The notes: a model not told the origin generated them from the letters alone. A stretch of DNA of 64,000 nt from Gammaproteobacteria bacterium (GCA_030148865.1 JASBSR010000040.1:141145-205144); one strand, 5' to 3'; shown: positions 1 through 9,287, numbered from the stretch's first letter. Program-made: numbers and translations.

Positions 1-618
1 CCTGCTTTGCACCATGGCCATTTCGCTCGGCAATAGCAAGGGCGCGGCATCAAGGCTGTGTGGAAAGTTTTTACTCAAGGTGCGCGCCAGTTGGGGCACT
101 GCAAAAAAACTGATACCGCATTCACCCAGCTGGTGGCTGAAGCCACGCACATTGACCCCCTGCGGAACAGGGCTATCAGCAATCACCAGATCGATTCGAT
201 GCAAGGCCAGTTCGGCCAGGAGCGCGTTAATATTGTCTTCCCGACAAACGATACGCACCGGCTCCGGCAACGCTAGCGCCGGCGCGAGCAAGCGATAGGC
301 AATGGATTTTGGCACCACATCGGCCACACCCACCTTAAATACCAGCGGCCTGCCATCGGGTAAATGACGCACGACTTCTTCCAGCTCACCGCCCAGGGCA
401 AAAATTTCGTCAGCATAACTCAAGGCCAGGCGACCGGTCTGGGTCAGTTCCAGATGCCGCCCGACGCGATTAAACAGCGCTTCACCCAGATTTTCTTCCA
501 GCAGACTGAGCTGTCCGCTGATGGTTTGCGGCGTCAGATGCAGGCGCTCGCTGGCGCGGGCAATACCGCCTTCTTTTGCCACCACCCAGAAATAATGTAA
601 ATGCTTATAGTTGATCAT
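1..618 (-). CDS. LysR-family transcriptional regulator, NhaR-like (N-terminal ~205 codons; 3' end of gene is beyond window start)
   Basis: Minus-strand translation from ATG (complement of 616-618) reads MINYKHLHYFWVVAKEGGIARASERLHLTPQTISGQLSLLEENLGEALF..., a LysR winged-HTH very similar to the E. coli NhaR N-terminus (INYNHLYYFW...LYLTPQTITGQI). Plus-strand ORFs 14-298 and 364-600 are antisense artefacts of this gene. Confidence 0.6.
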   Translation of the reverse strand, partial: MINYKHLHYFWVVAKEGGIARASERLHLTPQTISGQLSLLEENLGEALFNRVGRHLELTQTGRLALSYADEIFALGGELEEVVRHLPDGRPLVFKVGVADVVPKSIAYRLLAPALALPEPVRIVCREDNINALLAELALHRIDLVIADSPVPQGVNVRGFSHQLGECGISFFAVPQLARTLSKNFPHSLDAAPLLLPSEMAMVQSR

Positions 619-740
619 AGCCTGCATGTTACTTCGTTAAATACGAACAATATAACAATAATAATCGACTTTTTCTTAGTTTTAAACAGGCTTAGTCTGG
701 TCATGTTTTCCTCACTTGATCCAGACAATCGGAGAAGCCT

Positions 741-1118
741 ATGCAAATCGATATCCAGGCACGTAATTTTTCCCTGACTAATGCCTTGCGCGGCCATATT
801 CAACGTCGCCTTGGCTTTGCACTGGGCAACAGAGACGATCATATTCAGCGTATCATGGTGCGATTGTCCGATATTAATGGACCACGCGGTGGCGAGGACA
901 AATGCTGCCATATTCAGGTGGTGCTACCACAACTCAGTGACGTCGTTATTGAAGATACCGAGGTGGATATAGTTACCGCCATCGACCGCGCCACTGATCG
1001 TGCTGGTCGTACTGTCGGACGCCGGCTGACGCGCCAGCGCGACAAAGCTCGCACTAACGACCGGCACGAATTGCAATCGCTGGTGATGCCCTCTGAAACT
1101 GAATCACATGAAAATTAA
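741..1118 (+). CDS. ribosome hibernation promoting factor / YfiA (RaiA)-family protein
   Basis: 125 aa. MQIDIQARNFSLTNALRGHIQRRL...IQRIMVRLSD...HIQVVLPQ...DIVTAIDRATDRAGRTVGRRLTRQRDK matches the HPF/YfiA pattern (MxIxIxGxxxxITxALRxYVxxKL...VxVxLS...AIDxxxDKLxRQLxKxK). Confidence 0.55.
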   Translation: MQIDIQARNFSLTNALRGHIQRRLGFALGNRDDHIQRIMVRLSDINGPRGGEDKCCHIQVVLPQLSDVVIEDTEVDIVTAIDRATDRAGRTVGRRLTRQRDKARTNDRHELQSLVMPSETESHEN

Positions 1119-1139
1119 CCTGACTAGAGAAGATCGCCA

Positions 1140-1814
1140 ATGAATACATCCATCAACCACACGATAGCCCGCGAAGCTAGCGCAATTCTGGCCAGCAACC
1201 GGGTCATCCGTAATACGTATATCCTGCTGTCGATGACCTTGCTGTTCAGTGCATTGGCTGCGGGCATTGCCATGACCCTGAATCTGCCGCATCCCGGCCT
1301 GCTGCTCACGCTCGGCGGTTATTTCGGCCTGCTGTTCGCAACCACAAAGTATCGTAACAGCAGTCTCGGCCTGGTCTGCGTATTCGCCCTGACTGGTTTC
1401 ATGGGTTACACCCTGGGGCCGATGCTGAATGCCTATCTGGCCATGGCCAACGGCGGCGAGATTGTGATGACAGCGATGGGCACTACCGGCGTAATCTTCC
1501 TTGGATTATCCGGATACGCGCTCACCAGTCGCAGAGACTTCAGCTTCATGGGCAGCTTTCTGCTGGCCGGAATTCTGCTCGCTTTCCTCGCCGGTCTTGG
1601 TGCCCTGTTTTTTGCAATACCCACGCTCTCACTGGTCGTGTCTTCGCTGTTTGTGCTGCTCATGGCTGGTCTAATCCTGTACGAGACCAGTAATATTATT
1701 CATGGTGGCGAGACCAACTACATTATGGCAACGGTGACACTGTACGTCTCCATCTTCAATTTGTTCACCAGTCTGTTACATCTACTCGGCTTCATGAATG
1801 GTGGCGATGATTAA
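1140..1814 (+). CDS. Bax inhibitor-1/YccA-family inner membrane protein (FtsH modulator)
   Basis: 224 aa with seven hydrophobic segments. The N-terminus and the GYTLGPML.. / ..LYVSIFNLFTSLLHLLG segments are typical of the BI-1/YccA family. Confidence 0.75.
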   Translation: MNTSINHTIAREASAILASNRVIRNTYILLSMTLLFSALAAGIAMTLNLPHPGLLLTLGGYFGLLFATTKYRNSSLGLVCVFALTGFMGYTLGPMLNAYLAMANGGEIVMTAMGTTGVIFLGLSGYALTSRRDFSFMGSFLLAGILLAFLAGLGALFFAIPTLSLVVSSLFVLLMAGLILYETSNIIHGGETNYIMATVTLYVSIFNLFTSLLHLLGFMNGGDD

Positions 1815-1844
1815 TCCCCTGTGCAATATAACACTGGCAAAACT

Positions 1845-1872
1845 CAGCCAGCCTCAATGGCTACGTTTTTTT
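1845..1872 (+). terminator. weak putative rho-independent terminator after yccA-like gene
   Basis: Short GC stem (agcc...ggct) followed by a TTTTTTT run 35-60 nt after the stop codon. The stem is poor. Confidence 0.25.
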
Positions 1873-1968
1873 ACCCTGCTATTATTGCTACCAAGTGGAT
1901 CCGTGATGAACGGCCGATGACAAAACTATGCGCTCCGTAATAAAACCACAGGTAATACGAGACTGACG

Positions 1969-2709
1969 ATGAACCACAAACCCGATTCGACAATGCAAAC
2001 CGCCACCGCCCATAAGCCACGGCCGATGCTTGACCTGCTACTCAGTCTTGTGCTGCCCTCGCTCATCCTGATGAACTTCAGTGGTGATGAAAATCTCGGT
2101 GCAGAGACTGCGTTAATCGTAGCGCTGGCATTTCCACTAAGCTGGGGCCTGCTCGAATTACTGCACTATAAAAAATTCAATTTTATTGCGCTGCTGGGCT
2201 TAATCAGCGTATTACTGACTGGTGGCATCGGCCTGTTCCAGCTTGATCCACAATGGCTGGCGATCAAGGAAGCCGCTATCCCTGCACTGATTGGCATTGC
2301 AGTGCTGATTTCCACCCGCACCCCTTATCCACTGATCAGAACCCTGCTATATAACCCGGCAATTATAGATGTCGGCAAAATCAAACAGAAACTTGAGGCC
2401 CGCAACTATCGCGTCGCGTTTGAATTACGTTTACTGAACGCCACTTATCTACTGAGCGGCACCTTTCTGTTTTCAGCGACGATGAACTACATGCTGGCGA
2501 GATGGCTGGTGACCAGCCCGGCGGGCAGCGCCGCCTTCAACGAAGAACTCGGACAAATGACCCTGCTCAGTTACCCGGTGATTGCAATCCCTTCCATGCT
2601 CATGATGCTGAGTATTTTTTATTATCTGTGGCGCAGTATTCATGGCATGACCGGACTCACGCTGGTAGAAATTATGCCGACAAAACCTGACCATCATGTA
2701 TCAGATTAA
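1969..2709 (+). CDS. inner membrane protein, YciB/IspZ (intracellular septation protein A)-like; start may be internal (M20 at 2026)
   Basis: Polytopic membrane protein. MLDLLLSLVLPSLILMNF...KFNFIALLGLISVLLTGGIGLF resembles YciB MKQFLDFLPLVVFFAFYK...KMALITFVLVVVFGGLTLF. Family assignment from motif memory only. Confidence 0.4.
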   Translation: MNHKPDSTMQTATAHKPRPMLDLLLSLVLPSLILMNFSGDENLGAETALIVALAFPLSWGLLELLHYKKFNFIALLGLISVLLTGGIGLFQLDPQWLAIKEAAIPALIGIAVLISTRTPYPLIRTLLYNPAIIDVGKIKQKLEARNYRVAFELRLLNATYLLSGTFLFSATMNYMLARWLVTSPAGSAAFNEELGQMTLLSYPVIAIPSMLMMLSIFYYLWRSIHGMTGLTLVEIMPTKPDHHVSD

Positions 2710-2801
2710 AAATTCACTACCAGACCTGCCCGGTTTCAACACTACTCAGCCGTGATGCATATGTAATACAAACTCGGCTCAATATTTGAGGATGAATTAT
2801 T

Positions 2802-3995
2802 ATGGCCTTAGTTAACATGCGCGATATGCTCCAGCATGCTTACCAGCATGGCTACGCAGTGGGTGCCTTCGATCTGGTCAGTCTTGAATTTCTGGAAGGC
2901 ATCATGGATGCTGCCGAACGCTGCCATGCCCCGGTGATATTGAGTCTGGCAGAATCACATTTCGAATATTTTGATTTTGAACTGATCATGCCCGCAGTGG
3001 AAGCTGCCGCATTGCGCGCCTCGGTGCCGGTGGCTATTCATCTGGACCATGGTGAGAGTTTTGAATCGGCGCTACGCGGCATCCATCTTGGCTGCAACGG
3101 CATCATGGTCGATTCCTCACAACATACGCTCGCCGAGAACATACACATGACACGCGCCGTGGTCAACATGGCACACGCCTGTGGTGTTCCAGTCGAAGGC
3201 GAACTCGGTTATGTCCCTGGTGTTGAGGGCGAAGATGCCGAGCGCCATCCCGGCGAAATTGCCTATACCACAGTCGCCGAAGCCCACGATTATGTAACAC
3301 AGACCGCTGTCGACTTTCTCGCAGTCTCCATCGGCACGGTGCATGGTCGTATGCTGGGCGAACCCGAACTCGACTTCGAACGACTCCAGCAAATTAACGC
3401 AAGCCTGGGTATTCCACTGGTGATTCATGGCGGCACCGGGCTGAACGATGATCAATTTCGACAACTGATCGCCAGTGGTGTGAGTAAAATAAATTATTAC
3501 ACCGCGCTCGCCGACCGGGCCGGCATCCACATACGCGATAATGCTAGCAGTCACCAACAGAACGGCTACACAAGTTTAACCAAAGGCGTTAAAGCAGCGA
3601 TCAGTGCCGAAGTCGAGCGTTGCATACGCCTGTGGGGAAGCGCTGACCGTGCCGCAGCACTAATGACTCAGTGCGCGCCCTGGTCAGCAGTGGATCACCT
3701 GATTATCTACAACGTCAACAACATCAGCGAGCACGAAGTGGATGCCATCATGGCCGAAGGTCGGCGCGTACTCAGCAGCATCCCTGGTGTGCGCGAAGTG
3801 ATCACTGGCCGCGCCGTCAAACAGGATGCAAAGTATCGTTACACCTGGCTGGTACGTTTCTGTCACCCAGCAGTCATTGACAGCTATCGCGATCATCCCA
3901 GCCACGTGGCATTTGCCGATCAGTATTTCCGTCCGGTGGCGGGCGACCGTATTAGCATTGATTATGCACGAGTCTTACACAGCACTTATATTTAA
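2802..3995 (+). CDS. class II (zinc) ketose-/fructose-bisphosphate aldolase fused to a C-terminal Dabb (stress-responsive alpha/beta-barrel) domain
   Basis: 397 aa. Residues 1-285 align with KbaY/GatY-type class II aldolases (VAIHLDHGES, PVEGELGYVPGVEG, SIGTVHG, PLVIHGGTG, i.e. the three Zn-ligand His contexts). Residues ~295-397 (HLIIYNVNN...IPGVREV...YRYTWLVRF...HPSHVAFADQYF) match the Dabb/stress-responsive A/B barrel pattern including the HPxH motif. Confidence 0.8.
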   Translation: MALVNMRDMLQHAYQHGYAVGAFDLVSLEFLEGIMDAAERCHAPVILSLAESHFEYFDFELIMPAVEAAALRASVPVAIHLDHGESFESALRGIHLGCNGIMVDSSQHTLAENIHMTRAVVNMAHACGVPVEGELGYVPGVEGEDAERHPGEIAYTTVAEAHDYVTQTAVDFLAVSIGTVHGRMLGEPELDFERLQQINASLGIPLVIHGGTGLNDDQFRQLIASGVSKINYYTALADRAGIHIRDNASSHQQNGYTSLTKGVKAAISAEVERCIRLWGSADRAAALMTQCAPWSAVDHLIIYNVNNISEHEVDAIMAEGRRVLSSIPGVREVITGRAVKQDAKYRYTWLVRFCHPAVIDSYRDHPSHVAFADQYFRPVAGDRISIDYARVLHSTYI

Positions 3996-4215
3996 ACACT
4001 GTAACTAGAGTTCAGCACATGAATCACGACTTTAAAAACATGCCCGTTCTATCTTGCCTCGACCGCCCTTGCGGGTCGCGGCTCTGTCATTAATATGGGC
4101 GTGTTGGTGACAGGCTCAGCACTGGCTGACTCAGGATCTGAGCTTGATCAAGGAATTTACAAATAGTTAACGCAGTTAAGTCGTAAACTATGGCCAGGTC
4201 TTTATTTCACTCTGT

Positions 4216-5439
4216 TCAAGATTCAGCTGACATAGAATTCAATCGGTGAGAGTGGTTTTTATAAAACCACTTCATAGCGAAAGGTGGGATAACTGTGGTA
4301 AATACAATAACAATGACTAGGCTGGCATGAATTTCGTTATCAATTACACCGCTCAATCGGCCAAGCTCTGCAAAAATTAGTCCCACTTCACCCCGAGGTA
4401 TCATCGACATACCAATCAGTAAACGTGATGACCAGCTTTCACGAATAAATAAAGCACCGAGAAGTTTGCCGGCGAATGCGGATATCAGAAGAATTAAGGA
4501 AAAACTCCAGATATCTGACGAACCCCAGTCAATTTCTCTAAAATTTATCGACAGCCCGACCACGACAAAAAAGATTGGTGTAAATAAACTGATAATTGGC
4601 TGCATCTGGCGCTCAATCGAACTGGCAAAAGTTTCGTCCGTATGTAGACTTAAACCCAATGGAAGAAAAAATCGCCGCGAAAGAGCAAGTCCAGCAGCAA
4701 ATCCTCCCAATAGTTCTGGCGCACCGACACCGTGCGCTAACCAGGCAAAAAAGAGCACGAGTGAAACTATAGTCGTTGGCAATAATCCTGGTAGCTCACT
4801 GACAGCGTAGAAACGTTTAATAATCATTGACATGATTTTCGCTAGCACAGGCGCCATCACAAAGAACACAGTAACAAACACCAGAACTCTGCCAGAGCTG
4901 GAAAGGTTAACTTCGCCAGCGGTTGAGAACTCATACAGCATGGCCAGCAACATGACACCCATCACATCATCAAGCACAGCCGCACCAAGTACAATCTGGC
5001 CTTCATGTGAGTGATTGATTCCAAGCTCTGTCAAAACACGCACTGTAATACCAATGCTGGTCGCGGTAAGCGTGCCACCGATAAACATAGATTCAATAAC
5101 GGTGAACTCAAACAACCAGTAACCGGTGGCAAATCCAAGCAGCATTGGCGCTGCAAATCCAACCAGCGCAACCATAGTCGATTTCATCCCGGTATTGAGC
5201 AATCGCTTGATATCACTCCCTATTCCGACTTCGAACAGCAATAGAATAATACCAATCTCTGCCAGCAGCCTGAACGCTTCCACCGGTTCTACCCAGCCCA
5301 GTATGCTCGGCCCTATCAGGACGCCGGCGAATAACTCACCTATAACAGATGGCGCTTTAAGACGTACCGCGATTTCAGCAAAGATTCTTGCTGTCAGTAG
5401 AATAATCAGAAGATATAAAATAAATGTGTGCGATTGCAT
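4216..5439 (-). CDS. cation:proton antiporter (CPA family Na+/H+ exchanger membrane domain)
   Basis: 407 aa, 11-13 TM helices. The N-terminus LLIILLTARIFAEIAVRLKAPSVIGELFAGVLIGPSILG is the canonical Na_H_Exchanger start. No C-terminal TrkA/KTN domain. Confidence 0.75.
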   Translation of the reverse strand: MQSHTFILYLLIILLTARIFAEIAVRLKAPSVIGELFAGVLIGPSILGWVEPVEAFRLLAEIGIILLLFEVGIGSDIKRLLNTGMKSTMVALVGFAAPMLLGFATGYWLFEFTVIESMFIGGTLTATSIGITVRVLTELGINHSHEGQIVLGAAVLDDVMGVMLLAMLYEFSTAGEVNLSSSGRVLVFVTVFFVMAPVLAKIMSMIIKRFYAVSELPGLLPTTIVSLVLFFAWLAHGVGAPELLGGFAAGLALSRRFFLPLGLSLHTDETFASSIERQMQPIISLFTPIFFVVVGLSINFREIDWGSSDIWSFSLILLISAFAGKLLGALFIRESWSSRLLIGMSMIPRGEVGLIFAELGRLSGVIDNEIHASLVIVIVFTTVIPPFAMKWFYKNHSHRLNSMSAES

Positions 5440-5812
5440 TATATATCGTCAGCTTTGTAAACTTCGGATTCGTGTTGTTATGGTACCAGTAAATCCTCGG
5501 TAGCGAGTCATTTTCGAGCTCACCCAGTATTCTTTCACCATCGATTCGAAGGCCACACTACCATAATATATAACAGAGAAATGCTCGTTTATTATTTCGA
5601 TCAACCTCAAACTGGCGCGTTGAGCATTGGGCTGCATGCCTCAGCCCAACCTGCGACTGGCTGGCGAAACACGAAAGACTGTGGGTCCCTGACAAAAACA
5701 TTCGGGAATGACGAGATTGAAATATTAGCACCCTGATAAAAACATTTGAGGCTAACACAATAAAGTCAGCATTTGCTCTGGTTTCTATCTATGACTATAA
5801 TCTTCCGTCATA

Positions 5813-6256
5813 TTGACAGCAATTAATGAGGAGAACACCTTGGCATCTAATGAAGGAAGAGCCTTCTTCGCACTAAGTGGTTATCATTTTAATCCCGATG
5901 ACATCACTCGTCTGCTTGGCATCGAACCCACCTCAACCAATGCTGCCGGTGCGCACAGCGGATTGGACAGGCCCGTGATCAGTTCATGGGAATTATCGAC
6001 AGATAAAGTTATTGATGATGTGGATGTTTATAAATTGACAGAAATCATCATGAAGCAACTGGATCCGATCAAGGACAAGATTATTGAAGTATGCAAAAGC
6101 CACAATCTATCACCCAGAATGGGCGTCGTACTAACTTTATCTGTGGCTAAAGATGAAGTAAGTCCGGATGTTGGTTTTGGCGCCAGAACGATTCGTTTTC
6201 TGGCGGATATTGGCGCATTTATTAATGTGGATTACAAACTTTCTGAGCGTATCTAA
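5813..6256 (+). CDS. hypothetical protein, DUF4279-like
   Basis: 147 aa. FFALSGYHFNPDDITRLLGIEPT ... SWELSTD ... VVLTL ... TIRFLADIGAFINVDYKL follows the DUF4279 pattern (FSLxGdxFDPDxITxxLGIxPT...W...IxFLxxxxAxIdVDxY). Assignment from memory of the family; the gene is AT-richer than its neighbours. Confidence 0.45.
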   Translation: MTAINEENTLASNEGRAFFALSGYHFNPDDITRLLGIEPTSTNAAGAHSGLDRPVISSWELSTDKVIDDVDVYKLTEIIMKQLDPIKDKIIEVCKSHNLSPRMGVVLTLSVAKDEVSPDVGFGARTIRFLADIGAFINVDYKLSERI

Positions 6257-6398
6257 GCTTTAGTCAATTAAAACGTGGCTGCCATTTGCTGTCAGCCGCT
6301 AGCACCAAGTGCGAGCACAACTGAATAGCACTGCTCAACTACTCAAAAATATCCCAATAGCGGCCGCGCGACCTGACAGGTGCGCGCGGCTGATTACC

Positions 6399-6560
6399 TT
6401 AAGGCTTCTTGGGGGTGCTGTAAGGCACTTCTTTCTGGAAAGATTCCCAGATAGTATCGTAGCCAACGTAGCCCTTTTCATTAGCCGCTTTTTGACGGGT
6501 GGTCAGAAAACGTGATTTGCCTTCTGGAACCTGAGGTCTGGTTTTTGGTGCATCACTCAT
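6399..6560 (-). CDS. small basic hypothetical protein (53 aa)
   Basis: MSDAPKTRPQVPEGKSRFLTTRQKAANEKGYVGYDTIWESFQKEVPYSTPKKP. Start chosen at the internal ATG because of a canonical AGGAG RBS 8 nt upstream (minus strand ...AGGAGTTACGATAATG). The longer ORF to 6635 lacks an RBS. Confidence 0.45.
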   Translation of the reverse strand: MSDAPKTRPQVPEGKSRFLTTRQKAANEKGYVGYDTIWESFQKEVPYSTPKKP

Positions 6561-6644
6561 TATCGTAACTCCTAAAATGGTTGAAACGGGAGGAATATAA
6601 GCATATGTCAGTCCCCCCCACTTAACTGACGTCAATAATACAAT

Positions 6645-7058
6645 CTATCGCTTGTAATGTCCCTTTTTGGGAATCACATGCCGCACACCTCCCTGGGGAT
6701 TCTCAACATCACCCTGATAGCGGGGAATGATGTGAATATGGACATGAAATATACTCTGTCCGGCTGCCGGCCCTACGTTAACGCCGATGTTATAGCCATC
6801 GGGGTTGAACTCCGCATCCAGCAGTTTGCGCTCCTCGGTGATCAGTGTCATGCAGGCATTGATCTCCTCGGGCGTCAGGTCGAAAAAGCTGGCGACATGA
6901 CGTCTGGGGATGATCAGGGTATGACCCGGGCTCACCGCATAGCTATCACGAGCGCTAAACGCAAGTTCGTTATTCAGCGACACCCCTTGCGGATCAGTAC
7001 AAAACAGGCATGGGTTATTAGGGTCTCGCTTTTTTTCCTGCTTGGCTTCTAATAACAA
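6645..7058 (-). CDS. HIT (histidine triad) family nucleotide hydrolase/transferase
   Basis: 137 aa. CLFCTD..., canonical HVHIHIIPR histidine triad. Confidence 0.85.
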   Translation of the reverse strand: MLLEAKQEKKRDPNNPCLFCTDPQGVSLNNELAFSARDSYAVSPGHTLIIPRRHVASFFDLTPEEINACMTLITEERKLLDAEFNPDGYNIGVNVGPAAGQSIFHVHIHIIPRYQGDVENPQGGVRHVIPKKGHYKR

Positions 7059-7261
7059 ACTTCAATACCCTGAATCTAAATGCTTTATTGGTCAGAAAAA
7101 CCACGGCTGAAAACCAGCCCTGATCTGTCATTTTCACATCTTTTGCCACAAAAATATAGCTTGCATCGGGTCAATAACGGTCATGCCGAATTGAACATAG
7201 TCGATAGAAAATCCATATTTTGTGAGCGGATTTTCTGAGCAGATTTGTTCAGTCTTTGCCA

Positions 7262-8284
7262 CTAAGCTTTTTCTAGCCGTAACTGCGCCTGCTTCAGCTG
7301 CTCCTCACAATGCTTTAAACACAGTGGTTGCAGGGCATGGCGAAAACATTCGATCATTAATTCAAACTCATCGGCCACCTCCAAGGCAAGTGCGGCATCT
7401 TTTGTCAACTCGGCCAGCGCACTGCGTGCAGTAGCCTTATTGACCCTGCATAGCACTGCCAGATGAATCGGAAGCTGCTGCTCCATGCATATTGTGAATG
7501 CTGTTTCATATGATCGTATAGCTTCTTCCAGGCGATCTGCATTTTCTTCTGACTGCCCCAGATGATGCAGTACCGCACCGCGATTATTATGGGTGGCGGC
7601 TAATTCCAGTGCCGTATTATCGGCATCAAACACGGCAAGTGCATTTTTATAAGCAACGACAGATTTTTGTAAAGTACGATTACCTTTAAGCAGTTTGCCA
7701 TGCGCATGCAAAGTGGTGCCGAGCTGATGCATGGTTGCCCCCCACTCCAGGGGCATTTTTTCTCTGCTCCATACCTGCAAGGCGTCGGTATAAGCGTCAG
7801 TGGCCTGTTTCAAACATTTCGCATCACCCAGTTGCCGGCCCAGTGCCTGGTTGGCTGTGCCCAGGTTATATTGTGCAGCGGCCCATTCCATTGCCGAATC
7901 TTCCTGATTGAACACTTCAAGTGCACTGTTAAATGATTGAATCGCCTTTTCGTACAAGACTTCATCTCGCATCTGCTGCGCCAGTGCCGCAAGAATATTG
8001 CCAAGACTATTCTGAGTCTCAGCCCAGACTAAGGGCCTCTGTTCGCGACATGCATCGGTCAGCGATTGTTCAAGTGCTTCACGGGCACTTTCAAGAATAT
8101 TGGAACTGAAACGGTGTTGCTCATAGTTCCCACGGGTATGAAGAAAATTATCAGCGGCGGTTACCTGGGTATCCGGCGCAGCAGCTGCGGCCAGCTCTTC
8201 ACCCAGCATGCCGATAGAATTCGCGATTGCAAGCTCCAGGGCCTTATTGTCCGGATAAAACAGGTACGTATTTGCGAATTTCAT
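7262..8284 (-). CDS. tetratricopeptide (TPR) repeat protein
   Basis: 340 aa made of repeated 34-residue W-LG-Y/A-F-P-like helical units (e.g. AAAQYNLGTANQALGRQLGDAKCLKQATDAYTDAL). Its start codon abuts the stop of the upstream FKBP gene (TAAATG). Confidence 0.7.
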   Translation of the reverse strand: MKFANTYLFYPDNKALELAIANSIGMLGEELAAAAAPDTQVTAADNFLHTRGNYEQHRFSSNILESAREALEQSLTDACREQRPLVWAETQNSLGNILAALAQQMRDEVLYEKAIQSFNSALEVFNQEDSAMEWAAAQYNLGTANQALGRQLGDAKCLKQATDAYTDALQVWSREKMPLEWGATMHQLGTTLHAHGKLLKGNRTLQKSVVAYKNALAVFDADNTALELAATHNNRGAVLHHLGQSEENADRLEEAIRSYETAFTICMEQQLPIHLAVLCRVNKATARSALAELTKDAALALEVADEFELMIECFRHALQPLCLKHCEEQLKQAQLRLEKA

Positions 8285-8791
8285 TTAGGTTCGGCTAAGA
8301 ATTTCATTGAGGTCAGGGTCGGCACCAACTGCTCCGCCAAGGTCGAGTTCTTCATCACTAGCATCACGTATAGTCAGAACTTCCACCATAAAAGTGACTT
8401 CTCTACCACACAGCGGATTATTTCCATCGACGGTTAATGTTTTGTCATCAAAACGAGTGACGATAAAATTTCTCGGCTCACCCTTTTCATTTTCCATGGT
8501 GATGGTCATACCGATTTCCCGATATTCCTCCGGGACATTTTCGATATGATCGGTAAACACCAGCGATTCGTCTCTCTCGCCATATAACAGCTTAGTGTCA
8601 ACTGGCACTTCGATGATATCACCGACTTTTTTGCCATCCAGATATTTTGTCACATCTTCAGACAGAACATCATTCACACCATGGACATAACCCAGAGGAT
8701 AATCAACCGTCACAAGTACGTCACCAGTTTTATTATCGACGACCCTGTAATTAAGTTCAACGAATTTTTCGTTTTGTATTGTATCTGACAT
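8285..8791 (-). CDS. FKBP-type peptidyl-prolyl cis-trans isomerase, SlyD/FkpB-like
   Basis: 168 aa. VVDNKTGDVL..DYPLGYVHG.. and ..GREVTFMVEVLTIRDASDEEL align with the SlyD FKBP plus insert-in-flap architecture. Confidence 0.7.
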   Translation of the reverse strand: MSDTIQNEKFVELNYRVVDNKTGDVLVTVDYPLGYVHGVNDVLSEDVTKYLDGKKVGDIIEVPVDTKLLYGERDESLVFTDHIENVPEEYREIGMTITMENEKGEPRNFIVTRFDDKTLTVDGNNPLCGREVTFMVEVLTIRDASDEELDLGGAVGADPDLNEILSRT

Positions 8792-8821
8792 AACTAAAAA
8801 AGCCTGTTATATAGCGCTGCC

Positions 8822-9172
8822 TTAGAACAACGTAGCACCAAAAATTTTTATCTTCTCCTTTTCAAAGCCCAGCACCAGCCTGCCCAGCCATTCACTTTTA
8901 TCCTTGCTGTTCGTCTGTTTATAGAGCACCGTTACATACTCACCGCGACGGATGATACCAAGATATTCATAATCTGCTGACAGGTTTTTCGCCAGATCGC
9001 TCCTGGCAAACTGCTTACCCATCTCGATTTCATTCGCACCCATTTGCATAGCCGTTGAAAAATTTCGAGTGAAAGCACCGTAGTTTTGTTCATTCGAATA
9101 TTTAACAAGATCAGCCCACATCGGGTGCGCCACCTCTAAAATTTCTTCATCTGTTTTTTCAATAATATTCAT
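8822..9172 (-). CDS. hypothetical protein (116 aa), no recognisable family
   Basis: Clean ORF 30 nt upstream of the SlyD-like gene on the same strand, and downstream of the aprA terminator. AT-rich codon usage. No motif recognised. Confidence 0.4.
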   Translation of the reverse strand: MNIIEKTDEEILEVAHPMWADLVKYSNEQNYGAFTRNFSTAMQMGANEIEMGKQFARSDLAKNLSADYEYLGIIRRGEYVTVLYKQTNSKDKSEWLGRLVLGFEKEKIKIFGATLF

Positions 9173-9248
9173 CTTTCTATTCTTCAGTTAAAACATGGTT
9201 AGTTTTGCAGGACTATCCATGATAAAAAGGCCGCATACTATGAAACAT

Positions 9249-9287
9249 AAAAAAAGACCAACACACAATATGTTGGCCTTTTTTTAA
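9249..9287. terminator. bidirectional rho-independent terminator downstream of aprA
   Basis: AAAAAAA-GACCAACAcacaataTGTTGGCC-TTTTTTT: a GC/AT hairpin flanked by an A-run and a T-run, 45 nt after the aprA stop. Confidence 0.7.

Noticed and set aside
4060-4090. Hairpin CGACCGC-CCTT-GCGGGTCG after the aldolase-Dabb gene as terminator
   Set aside because: Stem has a bulge and there is no following T-run, so it was not called as an intrinsic terminator.
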